Assembly (NCBI GenBank): GCA_963753345.1
Contig: CAVWBU010000042.1
Span: forward strand, 1-47,923
Length of the DNA: 47,923 nt
Reading direction: 5' to 3'
DNA from: an uncultured Fibrobacterota bacterium
GTDB lineage: Bacteria; Fibrobacterota; Chitinivibrionia; Chitinivibrionales; FEN-1185
Below the pieces are notes generated by a model that was not told the origin of the DNA, did not search any database, and was given only the letters and a program-made list of their open reading frames with translations. Positions 19,471 through 28,649 of the stretch are shown one piece after another (position 1 is the stretch's first letter; the number at the start of each line of letters is the position of its first letter). Position numbers and translations under genes: made by a program.

Positions 19471-20265
19471 ATGCCAGATCTGAAAATCAAGAGAATGCCG
19501 GTGGAATTGAGGCCGGATCTCAGCATGTGGAAAATCGAAGGCGCCCTGGATTCCGGGAGCATCGGGCGCATTCAAACCGAATTCAATTCGGTGCTGGAGT
19601 CAAAGCAGAGCTTTCTCATCGCCGAAATGTCCGGCGTTACCTGCGTCTCGTCGGCCGCCATGGGGCAGCTTATGGGATGCAGGCAGATTCTGGCGGAACG
19701 GGGCGGCGACCTTGTGATTGCTGGCGTGAGTCTCGACGTCAAGTCGAAACTCAGCGCAATGGGCGCCACCAAGATTTTCAAGTTCTACAACGAGATGCGC
19801 GCCGCCGTCAATGCCTATCACTGGGAGGTTGAGCGTAAGGCCGAAAAGGTGTGGCTGTCGTTTCCTCCGCACCTGCAGTTCGTGCCGCCGGTGCGCCAGA
19901 TGGTGAGCCGCATCGCCCGGCAGAAAGGCTATTCCCAGCGCGATTCGTTCCGCATCGAAACCATTGTCGACGAAGTATGCAACAATGCCGTCGAGCACGG
20001 CTCGGAAAAAATGGCGAAAAACGTCGACCTCAATGTCCAGATAAACCGTGAAAAAATCGAACTTGAGGTGATCAACGCAAGCGATCCCGACAAACTCGAA
20101 GCACTTCGGGCCGTGTCGGCATCCCTGCCCAAGGCCCCGAATGCTAACCTCGGGGAGCGCCGGGGACGGGGTCTTGCGCTCATCAAGATGCTGTCAAACC
20201 ATCTCGACATAAACTTCTCCGGCGATGGAACGTCGGTGCATGTTACCAAATTAAGAGAGGAATGA
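19471..20265 (+). CDS. STAS + RsbW-like HATPase_c_2 fusion
   Basis: N-terminal STAS (GALDS...VTCVSSAAMGQL); C-terminal VDEVCNNAVEHG and RGRGLALI. Confidence 0.87.
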   Translation: MPDLKIKRMPVELRPDLSMWKIEGALDSGSIGRIQTEFNSVLESKQSFLIAEMSGVTCVSSAAMGQLMGCRQILAERGGDLVIAGVSLDVKSKLSAMGATKIFKFYNEMRAAVNAYHWEVERKAEKVWLSFPPHLQFVPPVRQMVSRIARQKGYSQRDSFRIETIVDEVCNNAVEHGSEKMAKNVDLNVQINREKIELEVINASDPDKLEALRAVSASLPKAPNANLGERRGRGLALIKMLSNHLDINFSGDGTSVHVTKLREE

Positions 20266-20624
20266 GTATGGAGTCCCAGATCGAACTCGAATACGACGAC
20301 ATCAAGGGTCACAGCGACACCAAAATGGTCAAATTCATCGGCGATCTCGATGCCACCAACGTTGAAACGGTGCTGGAGAAGATCTGCAACCTTTTCAACG
20401 ACGGGTTCATCAACATCATCGCCGATTTTAAGAAGCTGCGCTATGTCAACAGCACGGGGCTCGGCATCCTGCTCCATTTCAGCAAGTCGGCCAAGGAGAA
20501 GAACGGCAGTTTCAAGATAGCAAACGTCAACGAAAACGTGTACGAAATAATCGAAATCATCGGGGCCACGACGCTTCTGGAGATCTACGACGAGGTCGAC
20601 GAGGCCGTTGCCGCGCTCAAGTAA
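20262..20624 (+). CDS. STAS anti-anti-sigma factor (RsbV/SpoIIAA-like)
   Basis: GDLDAT, LRYVNSTGLGILL with the phospho-acceptor Ser; ATGA overlap with the upstream gene. Confidence 0.9.
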   Translation: MSMESQIELEYDDIKGHSDTKMVKFIGDLDATNVETVLEKICNLFNDGFINIIADFKKLRYVNSTGLGILLHFSKSAKEKNGSFKIANVNENVYEIIEIIGATTLLEIYDEVDEAVAALK

Positions 20625-20714
20625 ACACTCTCAGGGGAAGGATAAGCCGTGACACATTTTGTTTCTTCCGCGCGTACCAGGGTTTCAACCTATTTATCAT
20701 CGGAGAGCTTTTCC

Positions 20715-22481
20715 ATGCATATCAAAATCGTACGGTTCTGCGCGCTCGTGCTCGCGATCGCGCTTGTTTCTTTCTGTCAAAAACAGGACAAGGCCAAAGA
20801 CACCATCGCCACCATTGATGGGGCCAAGATCACCAAGGACATTTACAACTCATTCTGGGAAATGCGGCGGCTGTATCCCAGCTACACCGGCGACTACTTC
20901 CCGGGAGAGCGGGCTATTTCATCCTATCTTGTCGAGACCGCGCTGCTGGCCGACGACGGCAACGCCAAATCGTATTCCGGCAAACTCAAGGCGGATCCCG
21001 ACTGGCAGTGGAAACAGAAATACTTCCCTGCGCAGATGTACCTCCAGAAGGTGCTGGACGCCAACCTTGGCTTTACCGACAAGGAATTGGAGAAGTATTA
21101 CAAGGCCCATGCCGGTTCGTACAAGATGAAAATGCAGGTGGATGTCCCCGCGCCCAAGGCTGCCGCAAACGCCAAGGCCGATGCCGCAGCGAAAGGCAAG
21201 GACACGTCGAAAACGAAAGTCACTCCCCCGCCGCAGACCGTGAAGAAAGACACCGTTATCCAGCGGACGCTGCCGGAAGTAAAGGACCAGGTATTGAAGG
21301 CGTTGTTCCTCGCAAAGTACCCGGTTCCGGATTCGCTGTTCCGCAAGCACGATCCCAAAGACACCACGAAGGTTGACACGTCGGAAGTGCAGAACCGCTG
21401 GATGTACATGGTGCGGAGCGACCTTCCCAATTTCTTCATGCGCAAATCCTACGAGGAAAAATACAAGCAGAAATTCCCCGATTCCCTCAAGGACTGGTAC
21501 GGCAAGGGCAAGGTGATCACCGAGACGGACATGGACGTCATCATGAGCTGGCTTGCCGAATCGCAGCGCGTCATGTACAATACGCCCGCGGGCAGGGCCG
21601 ATCTTGCGCGCTGGCTGCTCAAGTGGAAACTGTTCAGCGAAGACGCCGAGAAGTGCGGTTTCGCCTCCCAGGACAATGTCAAGGCGGTCATCGACTGGGC
21701 CTGGAAGGTCGAAGTGGCCACGAACTACGTGAACAACGACCTGGTTCCCAAGCTCAAGGCCAGCGTGTCGGTCGACACGCAGATGTGCGTGTACGCCATG
21801 TGGGACGACAGGGGGTCGATGACGCAGAAGGACACTGCGGGCATCAACCGCACCGTCACGCGCTATTTCACCAAGTCGATGTACATCAAGGTCGACAGCG
21901 CGCTGTACGCCCTGCGCAAAGCGCACAACGTGGTTTTCAAGCTGATGGAATACAAGGACGATCAGTCGGGTGATCCGATGAAGATCGTGGCGCACGCCGA
22001 CTCGATGCGCGACACGGGCAACACCACCGAGGCATCGAGCGCGTACCGTACGCTGATGACCGCCTTCCCGTTCACGGCCGAGGGCAAGAAGGCCTTTGCC
22101 GAACTGGCCAAGGTGCAGTCGGAAAAAGGCGAGTATACCGACGCCGTCAAGAACTACCGCGACTATCTGATTCTGGCGGGCGACAAGAGCAAGCGCTGCA
22201 ACACGTTCTTTATGATCGGGTTCATCTACGACGAGTATCTTAACAAGTGGGACCTTGCCGAGGCCAACTACAAGTGGGTGCTCAAGAACACACCCGAATG
22301 CGAGCTGGCCAACGACGCCGAATTCATGACGCTGCACCTGGGCGAGCCCATGAACAGCGTGGAGGAGCTCCGTGCCGAGGCGAGGCGCCAGGGCCGCAAG
22401 GTCGACACCACCACGCCGGTGCCCGAGATGATGAATCCTGATTCGGGCGCCAAGACGCCGCCGCCGCAGAAGAAGATATAG
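20715..22481 (+). CDS. Exported lipoprotein with SurA/PrsA-like N-terminal region and C-terminal TPR repeats
   Basis: Lipobox-like LVSFC; IATIDGAKIT; ELEKYYKAH; TPR-like FMIGFIYDEYL...AEANYKWVL. Confidence 0.78.
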   Translation: MHIKIVRFCALVLAIALVSFCQKQDKAKDTIATIDGAKITKDIYNSFWEMRRLYPSYTGDYFPGERAISSYLVETALLADDGNAKSYSGKLKADPDWQWKQKYFPAQMYLQKVLDANLGFTDKELEKYYKAHAGSYKMKMQVDVPAPKAAANAKADAAAKGKDTSKTKVTPPPQTVKKDTVIQRTLPEVKDQVLKALFLAKYPVPDSLFRKHDPKDTTKVDTSEVQNRWMYMVRSDLPNFFMRKSYEEKYKQKFPDSLKDWYGKGKVITETDMDVIMSWLAESQRVMYNTPAGRADLARWLLKWKLFSEDAEKCGFASQDNVKAVIDWAWKVEVATNYVNNDLVPKLKASVSVDTQMCVYAMWDDRGSMTQKDTAGINRTVTRYFTKSMYIKVDSALYALRKAHNVVFKLMEYKDDQSGDPMKIVAHADSMRDTGNTTEASSAYRTLMTAFPFTAEGKKAFAELAKVQSEKGEYTDAVKNYRDYLILAGDKSKRCNTFFMIGFIYDEYLNKWDLAEANYKWVLKNTPECELANDAEFMTLHLGEPMNSVEELRAEARRQGRKVDTTTPVPEMMNPDSGAKTPPPQKKI

Positions 22482-22504
22482 GCTGTTTTACAGAGGGGAA
22501 GTCT

Positions 22505-23425
22505 TCAGAATGCACCCGGCGCGCCGGGTGCATTCTTTTTTCCGAAGCAGAGCTCCTGGAAGCTGCAGAACCTGCAGAGGGCAGCGGACGGCGTCTGCGG
22601 GAACTCCTCGATTGCCTTCGGAAGGTTGGCGGCCGCGTCGCGGCAGTACGATTTGAGCTCCTCGGTCTGCGTTCGTATCCGCTCCTCGAACGCGCGAAAA
22701 TCGTTCTCGGAAAGGGCGATTTCAAATTCCTCGAATTCCGGCTGCAGGTAGACGATCTTGGGAAAAATGGCGTTCCAGGGAATGCCGAAGTTGCTTGACG
22801 CGGCGGCAGCGTACCCGATAAGCTGCTGCGAGTGCTTGTAGGTGTCTTTCGCGCCCGTCTTCCAGTCGAGGATGTACACGTCGCTTTCCACCGGGAACAG
22901 AAAATCCATCTTGCAATAGGCCTTGAGCCCGCAGATGCGGGTTTCGCCCATGCCCGGAGGCTCGATCATCCAGTTGTCTTTGTTGGTGATCGCCTTCATA
23001 AAGAGCCAGGTGTACACCGGGCTTCCCACAAAGTTTCTAAGGCAACGGGAGATCCTGCCGAACGCCTCGTCGCGGTCGATTGACTTCTGCGAACCGTAGT
23101 ACGTTTCGATGAATGTCTTCTGCGAGAAATATTCGTCGGTCTTTTCGCGCGCGAATTCCAAAAACCTGTTCTCGTCGATGTCGCTGTCGCTTTTCTGGAG
23201 GCGTCGCAGAAAGGCCTCCAGCACGTCGTGCACCACGTTGCCGATTTCCAGCGGGACCGAGGTGAGGTCTTTGAGCGCGGCCATCTTGTAGAACGGCACG
23301 CCGGCTACGTGCTTGGGGTAGTAGGTGTAGAAATACTGCCGCCTGCATTTGTCGAAAACCTCGTACCGGGAAATGGACCAGCCGAGGACGGGGGTGAATT
23401 CGTAAGAGGGATATTTGAGCACCAT
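22505..23425 (-). CDS. PD-(D/E)XK RecB-family nuclease with Fe-S staple (Cas4/AddB-like)
   Basis: N-terminal KCRRQY, GNVVHD, KMDFL, ILDWKTG, QLIGY, C-terminal CRFCSFQELC. Confidence 0.88.
   Translation of the reverse strand: MVLKYPSYEFTPVLGWSISRYEVFDKCRRQYFYTYYPKHVAGVPFYKMAALKDLTSVPLEIGNVVHDVLEAFLRRLQKSDSDIDENRFLEFAREKTDEYFSQKTFIETYYGSQKSIDRDEAFGRISRCLRNFVGSPVYTWLFMKAITNKDNWMIEPPGMGETRICGLKAYCKMDFLFPVESDVYILDWKTGAKDTYKHSQQLIGYAAAASSNFGIPWNAIFPKIVYLQPEFEEFEIALSENDFRAFEERIRTQTEELKSYCRDAAANLPKAIEEFPQTPSAALCRFCSFQELCFGKKNAPGAPGAF
22507..22541 (+). terminator. Perfect 30-bp palindrome plus T-tract; likely terminator of the TPR gene, embedded in the 3' end of the opposite CDS
   Basis: AGAATGCACCCGGCG|CGCCGGGTGCATTCT followed by TTTTT. 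Confidence 0.75.
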
Positions 23426-23487
23426 GGTGGTCCCTGTGGAGACGAAAGGAAAAGGAAAATATAATTAATGGGAAAACGACGGTCGGC

Positions 23488-24756
23488 TCACATCAGGAAC
23501 GCAAGGGTAATGCCCGTTGCGACCATGAGGATGAAACCGGGCAGCACCGCGCGCCTGAGCTGCGGCACGCCCGACACTGCGACGATCCCGCCCTTGACGA
23601 TGGTGTTGGCCGTCGCCGCGATCACGATGGCGCGCGCCGCGACCGACGCGTCGAGGCCGCCGCGGGAAAGCTTGGCCATGGAGAAGGAGATGGCGTCCAC
23701 ATCGGCAAGACCGGCGATGAAGCTTGACAGATACACACCGACGCTGCCGAAGTACACCTGCCCCACCCGCGCGAAGAGGAGGATGACGGCGAACAGGAGG
23801 CCGAACTTGATGGCGAGGCCGAGCTCGAACGGGTTGTCGAACGGGACTTCGTGCCGGTGCTTTTCGGTCCGCTGCCTCACGAACAGATAGCCGCAGTAGG
23901 CCAGGCCGACCGCCACGGACGCCAGGATGGGAACGAGCAGGGGCTTTACAAGAGATATGTTGAGAAATGCAACCGCGGCAAGCACGCGCAGGAACATCAC
24001 GGTCCAGGCGACGATGATGGCAAGGGCGAACGGCCGGGAGAGGTGGGGATGCTCTCGGCTTCGTCCCGACAGGCTCAGGGTGACCGCGGTGCTCGAGGCA
24101 AGTCCGCCCAGAAGCCCGGTGAGCCCGATGCCCCTTTCGGGACCTGCCACCTTGATGAGCACGTAGCCCACAAAACTTATGCCCGAGATGAACACCACGA
24201 AAAGCCAGAGCTTGAACGGGTTGAAAATGTCGAACGGCGGCGGCCCGAATACGCGGTCGGGAAGAATGGGCAGCACAATAGCGGTGATGACCGCGAACTT
24301 GAGAACGGCGAGCACGTCCTCGTGCGTGAGGTGGTGCACGAAACGATGGAGCTGCACTTTTACGGAGAGCAGCACGGTCATGGCCACGGCGATCGCCGCG
24401 GCGAGCGTGACCGTGCGCGGCCAGTAGGCGAGCCCGCCGCAGAGCAGGGTGAGCACCGCCGATACCCTTGTGGTGAGGCCGGGTTTCCCGTTTGTCGCGT
24501 CGAGATAGTAACTTATGGCGAAGAACACTCCCAGGGTGGCGACAACGCCGACAAATGGCCACGGCGACGCAAGCAGGTCGGAAAGCAGCGCCGCGGCGCA
24601 TCCGACAAGGCCCAGCAGGCCGAAGGTTCGCACGCCCGCGGGCAGTTCCTTGGCGTGCGCGTCCGACGCGTACTCGCGCTGGAGCCCCACGAGCACGCCG
24701 ATCACCAGGGCGACGCCGAAACGGAGAAAGAGACTGTTCGATTCGCCGATACTCAC
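23488..24756 (-). CDS. MgtC/SapB + DUF4010 membrane protein
   Basis: GVLVGLQRE, AGVRTF, GLTT, LGGLASSTAVT, GLADVDAI; GTG at 24756 has AAGGAA upstream (TTG at 24777 is the alternative start). Confidence 0.88.
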   Translation of the reverse strand: MSIGESNSLFLRFGVALVIGVLVGLQREYASDAHAKELPAGVRTFGLLGLVGCAAALLSDLLASPWPFVGVVATLGVFFAISYYLDATNGKPGLTTRVSAVLTLLCGGLAYWPRTVTLAAAIAVAMTVLLSVKVQLHRFVHHLTHEDVLAVLKFAVITAIVLPILPDRVFGPPPFDIFNPFKLWLFVVFISGISFVGYVLIKVAGPERGIGLTGLLGGLASSTAVTLSLSGRSREHPHLSRPFALAIIVAWTVMFLRVLAAVAFLNISLVKPLLVPILASVAVGLAYCGYLFVRQRTEKHRHEVPFDNPFELGLAIKFGLLFAVILLFARVGQVYFGSVGVYLSSFIAGLADVDAISFSMAKLSRGGLDASVAARAIVIAATANTIVKGGIVAVSGVPQLRRAVLPGFILMVATGITLAFLM

Positions 24757-24814
24757 GGGCTTCCTTTCGTATGTCAATAATCCGAATTTGTTTTTAATGC
24801 CCTCATTTGCCGGT

Positions 24815-25732
24815 CTAGCGTATATCTAAATCAAGTTGATCGCAGCAGCTATGCAGGCGTCTGATTGGAATGCGGGGATGCTTTTCCGGAAAGGAAATAT
24901 CTGTCTTTGGAAGATGATGTTCCTGTGATTGCACAAGTGATAGAACCGATTGATCGATTTTAATGCGAGGAACTCCGAGTCGTTCTTCCGCTATTCTTGT
25001 ATACTCTTCGGATATATCACCCAAGATTGCATATCGTTCGTTGATGAGGCTCGCTTCACCTGTGGTCCCCGATCCACTCATCAGGTCAATGGATAGTTCA
25101 CCTCTTGCGGTGGCCATGAGAAGTGTCTTTTCGATGACGGCAAGCGGCTTCTGTGAAGGATGCCCTGTCTGTTCTTTTCGCCCAACAAATCCGCATAATA
25201 GAGACTCTTCTATCACGCTTGGCGGACCAGGAATAAATAGCAGTTTGCCCTGCTGCATCTTTTCCCGTTGCACATCATTTAGGAAGTTTTCAACGTGCAT
25301 AACTGCATTAGGAGTTGTAAGATGAAGACATGTCATTTGCGCAGACCGCCAACCGCGAATACGAGATGGAGAATTCTTGTAGAACCACGTCAGCCAGCAT
25401 TTGAGTGTCAATGGTTAAGGAAGTATTCGAACAAATCGTGCGACAATTTCGGGAAAGCCCCACAGAAAAACATGATCTGACAGAGGTGCGACACACTTTA
25501 GAAGTTGTGGAAGATATTCATCATAGTCTTCACGTACACCGCCGACTCCTTTGTTGTACCATGGATCAAGAATACAGCATTGTGCATGAAATCCGAGCGA
25601 CAATAGCAGTTGGGATGATAGCTCAATATCGAGAGGGGGAAGAATTACAACACCATTCTTCCCAAGGTTAGTAGCAATTGTGTCGCGGAGTTCCAGAAGT
25701 TCAGGGTGCGCGACTTGAGTATGTGTTTTCAT
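24815..25732 (-). pseudogene. M.KpnI-like beta-class N6-adenine DNA methyltransferase interrupted by an in-frame TAA (25415-25417)
   Basis: Motif IV DPWY lies in the 5' part; GHPSQKP and DLMSGSGTTG (motif I) lie in the 3' part. Both ORFs are in the same frame (...RILP*PLTLKCW...). AT-rich. Confidence 0.85.
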
Positions 25733-26409
25733 TTGTGGTGGATTTCCCCCTTTTCGTCTATCTGGTATCCAAAGTATTCCAAAAGGAACTTAAAAATAAT
25801 TTCCTTCTCAGGACGGGGAGAGAACTGAACAATAGCATAGGTGTTCATCTTCCCTGTCGCTGAATCCCAGTAGTTCTTCTTTGTAACCTGATGGCGACCG
25901 CAAAGAGCCGTCCACTGATTTGGATCGGAAGGATCTGCGTCCGGATTCAACGAATGTGGGTTCCTGTGGTCTGGGGTCAATTTTACCCGTCCACCACCGA
26001 CCGGATCAACTTCACCATCACGCAGGCCGCATGCGTCACCACCTTCCGACCATTCACAACGGTATTTGGCTCTTTCGAGGATGGCAATCCAAGTCTTGTC
26101 GTTTGGCCTAACCCGTTTTCCAGCTTTCTTACGCTTTTCTTTGGTCGGCATTAAATATTCTTGAACTTTCAGGTCACCACGATTTCGCCATGAAAGAATC
26201 GTGTATCCGTCATCAGTGCGCAGTTCTGACAATCGTTGATGCCAATTCTCTGGCTCTTTCTTGGTTTTCGGATCGCGAGCTGCACGTTGAATTAATTCGC
26301 GGTCGAGTACTTTGCCCAGATTGTTCAAGAACAGTGCTTCGATTCGTTTCTTTACGCTTTTCTGTCGATAAGACCCTTTGAATTCTCCATAAACTTTTCT
26401 GTCAGCCAT
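25729..26409 (-). CDS. R.KpnI-like HNH type II restriction endonuclease (predicted GGTACC)
   Basis: RIEALFLNNLGKV, PENWHQRLSELRTD.GYTILSWR, VKLTPDH and ALCGRHQV.KKNYWDS match my recollection of R.KpnI; CCCH zinc ligands present; GAAAGGA RBS before ATG 26409. Confidence 0.9.
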   Translation of the reverse strand: MADRKVYGEFKGSYRQKSVKKRIEALFLNNLGKVLDRELIQRAARDPKTKKEPENWHQRLSELRTDDGYTILSWRNRGDLKVQEYLMPTKEKRKKAGKRVRPNDKTWIAILERAKYRCEWSEGGDACGLRDGEVDPVGGGRVKLTPDHRNPHSLNPDADPSDPNQWTALCGRHQVTKKNYWDSATGKMNTYAIVQFSPRPEKEIIFKFLLEYFGYQIDEKGEIHHK

Positions 26410-26436
26410 GTCGTCCTTTCTTTCATTCACGATCTT

Positions 26437-26465
26437 ATTTTACTATCAATAAATATATTATTCAA
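26437..26465 (-). promoter_or_regulatory. Sigma70-type promoter of the R-M operon
   Basis: Minus strand reads TTGAAT-17 bp-TAAAAT, about 27 bp upstream of the ATG. Confidence 0.65.
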
Positions 26466-26538
26466 ACGCGGTATAGGAAATCTTTAATTCTTAGCATGGT
26501 ACCATTGGCAGTTCACAAAAGGCAACCGCAAAATGGAA

Positions 26539-26562
26539 GGGGGTTCGCGTTGGCGAACCCCC
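26539..26562 (-). terminator. Hairpin terminator downstream of the small lipoprotein gene
   Basis: GGGGGTTCGC-N4-GCGAACCCCC, followed on the minus strand by TTCCATTTT. Confidence 0.6.
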
Positions 26563-26596
26563 GGCAGCGGTGACCAGAAAACCGTAATCGTTCAGG

Positions 26597-26791
26597 CTAT
26601 TCCTTGCATCCGCACTTGACGCAAAGATCGTGATACTTGATCGCCTCGTCCTTGTTCTGGAGATTGAAGGCCTTCTTCAGGTTGTCGCAGTCCTGATATC
26701 CCGCTTTCTGAAGGCATTTTTCGGTATTGGTGCAGGATACGCAAAAAGCAAGGGCGACGCAGATCGCTGCAAAGGCGATAAGACGTTTCAT
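26597..26791 (-). CDS. Small Cys-rich lipoprotein (64 aa)
   Basis: GGAGG RBS; MKRLIAFAAICVALAFCVSC signal and lipobox; C-terminal CVKCGC. Confidence 0.75.
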   Translation of the reverse strand: MKRLIAFAAICVALAFCVSCTNTEKCLQKAGYQDCDNLKKAFNLQNKDEAIKYHDLCVKCGCKE

Positions 26792-26934
26792 GGGACCTCC
26801 TTTAAGGTGATTGATTTTCAGCTTGAAACTGCACTGTCCCAATAAAATATATATATGAATGCCGCAATAAAAACATTTGATGAAAAAGGCGCACGGCCGG
26901 AGGAGGGGGAACGGATGTTTTTCCCCCGCGCAGC

Positions 26935-28572
26935 CTAGGTAAGTCCCACGGCTTTTCCGTTTGCAAGGATTTTTATTCTTGCCGCCGCAGGCACCTTGGG
27001 AAGGCCGGGCATGGTGACGATGTTGCCGCAGATCGCGACCACGAACCCTGCGCCCGCCGACACTCTGATCTCGTTGACCGTGATGCGGAAATCACGCGGC
27101 CGGCCGCGCAGCTTGGGGTCGTCGGAAAGCGACAAAGGCGTTTTCGCGATGCACACGGGCAGGTTGCCGTACCCGTGTCTGGTGATGAGCTCAAGGTCGG
27201 CCCGCGTGGCATGGTCGAACGACACGCCGGTTGCGCCGTAGACCATCTGCGCCACGGTCTCGATTTTCTTGTCAAGCGGCATGGAGAGCGGGTACAGGTA
27301 ATTAAGCTTTCTCGTGTTCCTCTCCACGGTTCGGAGCACCGCGTTTGCAACCGGTTCCGCGCCCCTGCCGCCGTCATGGAAATGGGTGGCTACCTCGGCC
27401 TCGACGCCGTGCTTTCCGCAGAACGTTACTATTTTGTCAAGGTCCCCCGGCTTGTCGCCGTCGAAACGGTTGACCGCCACCACCGGCTCCAGCCCAAACA
27501 GCCGGATGTTTTCGATATGCTTGGCAAGGTTGCCCAGCCCTCCGTCCTTCGTGTACCCGCCGTGGTATTCCACGGCCCGCGCTGTCGCGACGATCACGGC
27601 CGCCCTGGGCCTGAGGCCCGCGATCCGGCACTTGATATGAAAGAATTTTTCCGCGCCGAGGTCGGTTGCGAATCCCGCCTCGGTCACCACGTAGTCGGTG
27701 AGCTTGAGCGCCATGCGCGTCGCGATGGCGGTGTTGGTGCCCTGCGCGATATTGGCAAAGGGCCCGCCGTGCACAAAGGCGGGCGTGCCTTCCATGGTCT
27801 GGACCATGTTCGGGTCTATCGCGTCGCGCAGCAGGACCTGCATGGCGCCCACGGCCTTGATGTCGCGCGCGAACACGCGTTCGCCTTTGTACGTGTACGC
27901 CACCACCATCCTGCCGAGCATGTCGCCGAGGTCGAAGAAGTCGCGGCACAGGCACAGCACGGCCATCACCTCGGACGCGGGCGTGATGTTGAACCCGTCT
28001 TTCCGCGGAATGCCGTTCTTGACTCCGCCGAGCCCCACCACGATCTCGCGGAGCGCGCGGTCGTTGAGGTCGATCACGCGGCGCAACACCACGCGCCGGG
28101 GATCGATGGAAAGCTCGTTGCCGTGCTGCAGATGATTGTCGACCATGGCGGCGAGCAGGTTGTTCGCCTTTGTCACGGAGTACATGTCTCCCGTGAAATG
28201 CAGGTTCACCGCCTCGGCCGGGGTCACCTGTGACCTGCCCGCGCCCGTGCCGCCGCCCTTGATGCCGAAATAGGGCCCGAGCGACGGTTCGCGTATGCAA
28301 ATGGAGGTCTTCTTCCCGAGGCGGCGCAGGGCGTCGCCGAGGCCCACGGTGGTGGTGGTCTTGCCCTCGCCCTGGGGCGTGGGGGTCATGGCGGTCACGA
28401 GGACAAGGTTCCCGTCGGGCAGGCTCTTCCGCGATTCGTATTCGTCAATTGGCACCTTGGCAATGTAATGGCCGTGCGGGAGGATGGCCTCGGCGTTGAG
28501 GCCGAGTTCCTCTGCCACCTCGCGTATCCTGCGCGGAGGCTGTCCGTTCCTCGCTGCATTCTTATCCGTCAT
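26935..28572 (-). CDS. fhs: Formate--tetrahydrofolate ligase
   Basis: TPTPQGEGKTT, GIKGGGTGAG, LHFTGD, HGGPFANIAQG, VTEAGF, TMPGLP. Confidence 0.96.
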   Translation of the reverse strand: MTDKNAARNGQPPRRIREVAEELGLNAEAILPHGHYIAKVPIDEYESRKSLPDGNLVLVTAMTPTPQGEGKTTTTVGLGDALRRLGKKTSICIREPSLGPYFGIKGGGTGAGRSQVTPAEAVNLHFTGDMYSVTKANNLLAAMVDNHLQHGNELSIDPRRVVLRRVIDLNDRALREIVVGLGGVKNGIPRKDGFNITPASEVMAVLCLCRDFFDLGDMLGRMVVAYTYKGERVFARDIKAVGAMQVLLRDAIDPNMVQTMEGTPAFVHGGPFANIAQGTNTAIATRMALKLTDYVVTEAGFATDLGAEKFFHIKCRIAGLRPRAAVIVATARAVEYHGGYTKDGGLGNLAKHIENIRLFGLEPVVAVNRFDGDKPGDLDKIVTFCGKHGVEAEVATHFHDGGRGAEPVANAVLRTVERNTRKLNYLYPLSMPLDKKIETVAQMVYGATGVSFDHATRADLELITRHGYGNLPVCIAKTPLSLSDDPKLRGRPRDFRITVNEIRVSAGAGFVVAICGNIVTMPGLPKVPAAARIKILANGKAVGLT

Positions 28573-28620
28573 GCATGGCTCCGGAAAATGATGCGCCCCG
28601 CAACCCTGCGAAGCTAAAGA

Positions 28621-28649
28621 AAGATAGCCTATGGATTTTGTAAAATCAA
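28621..28649 (-). promoter_or_regulatory. Putative fhs promoter overlapped by the inverted repeat GATTTT-GT-AAAATC (28634-28647)
   Basis: Minus strand reads TTGATT-17 bp-TATCTT; the palindrome covers the -35 box and spacer. Confidence 0.5.

Noticed and set aside
22505-23425. CRISPR-Cas adaptation locus around the Cas4-like gene
   Set aside because: No cas1, cas2, effector genes or array in the window.
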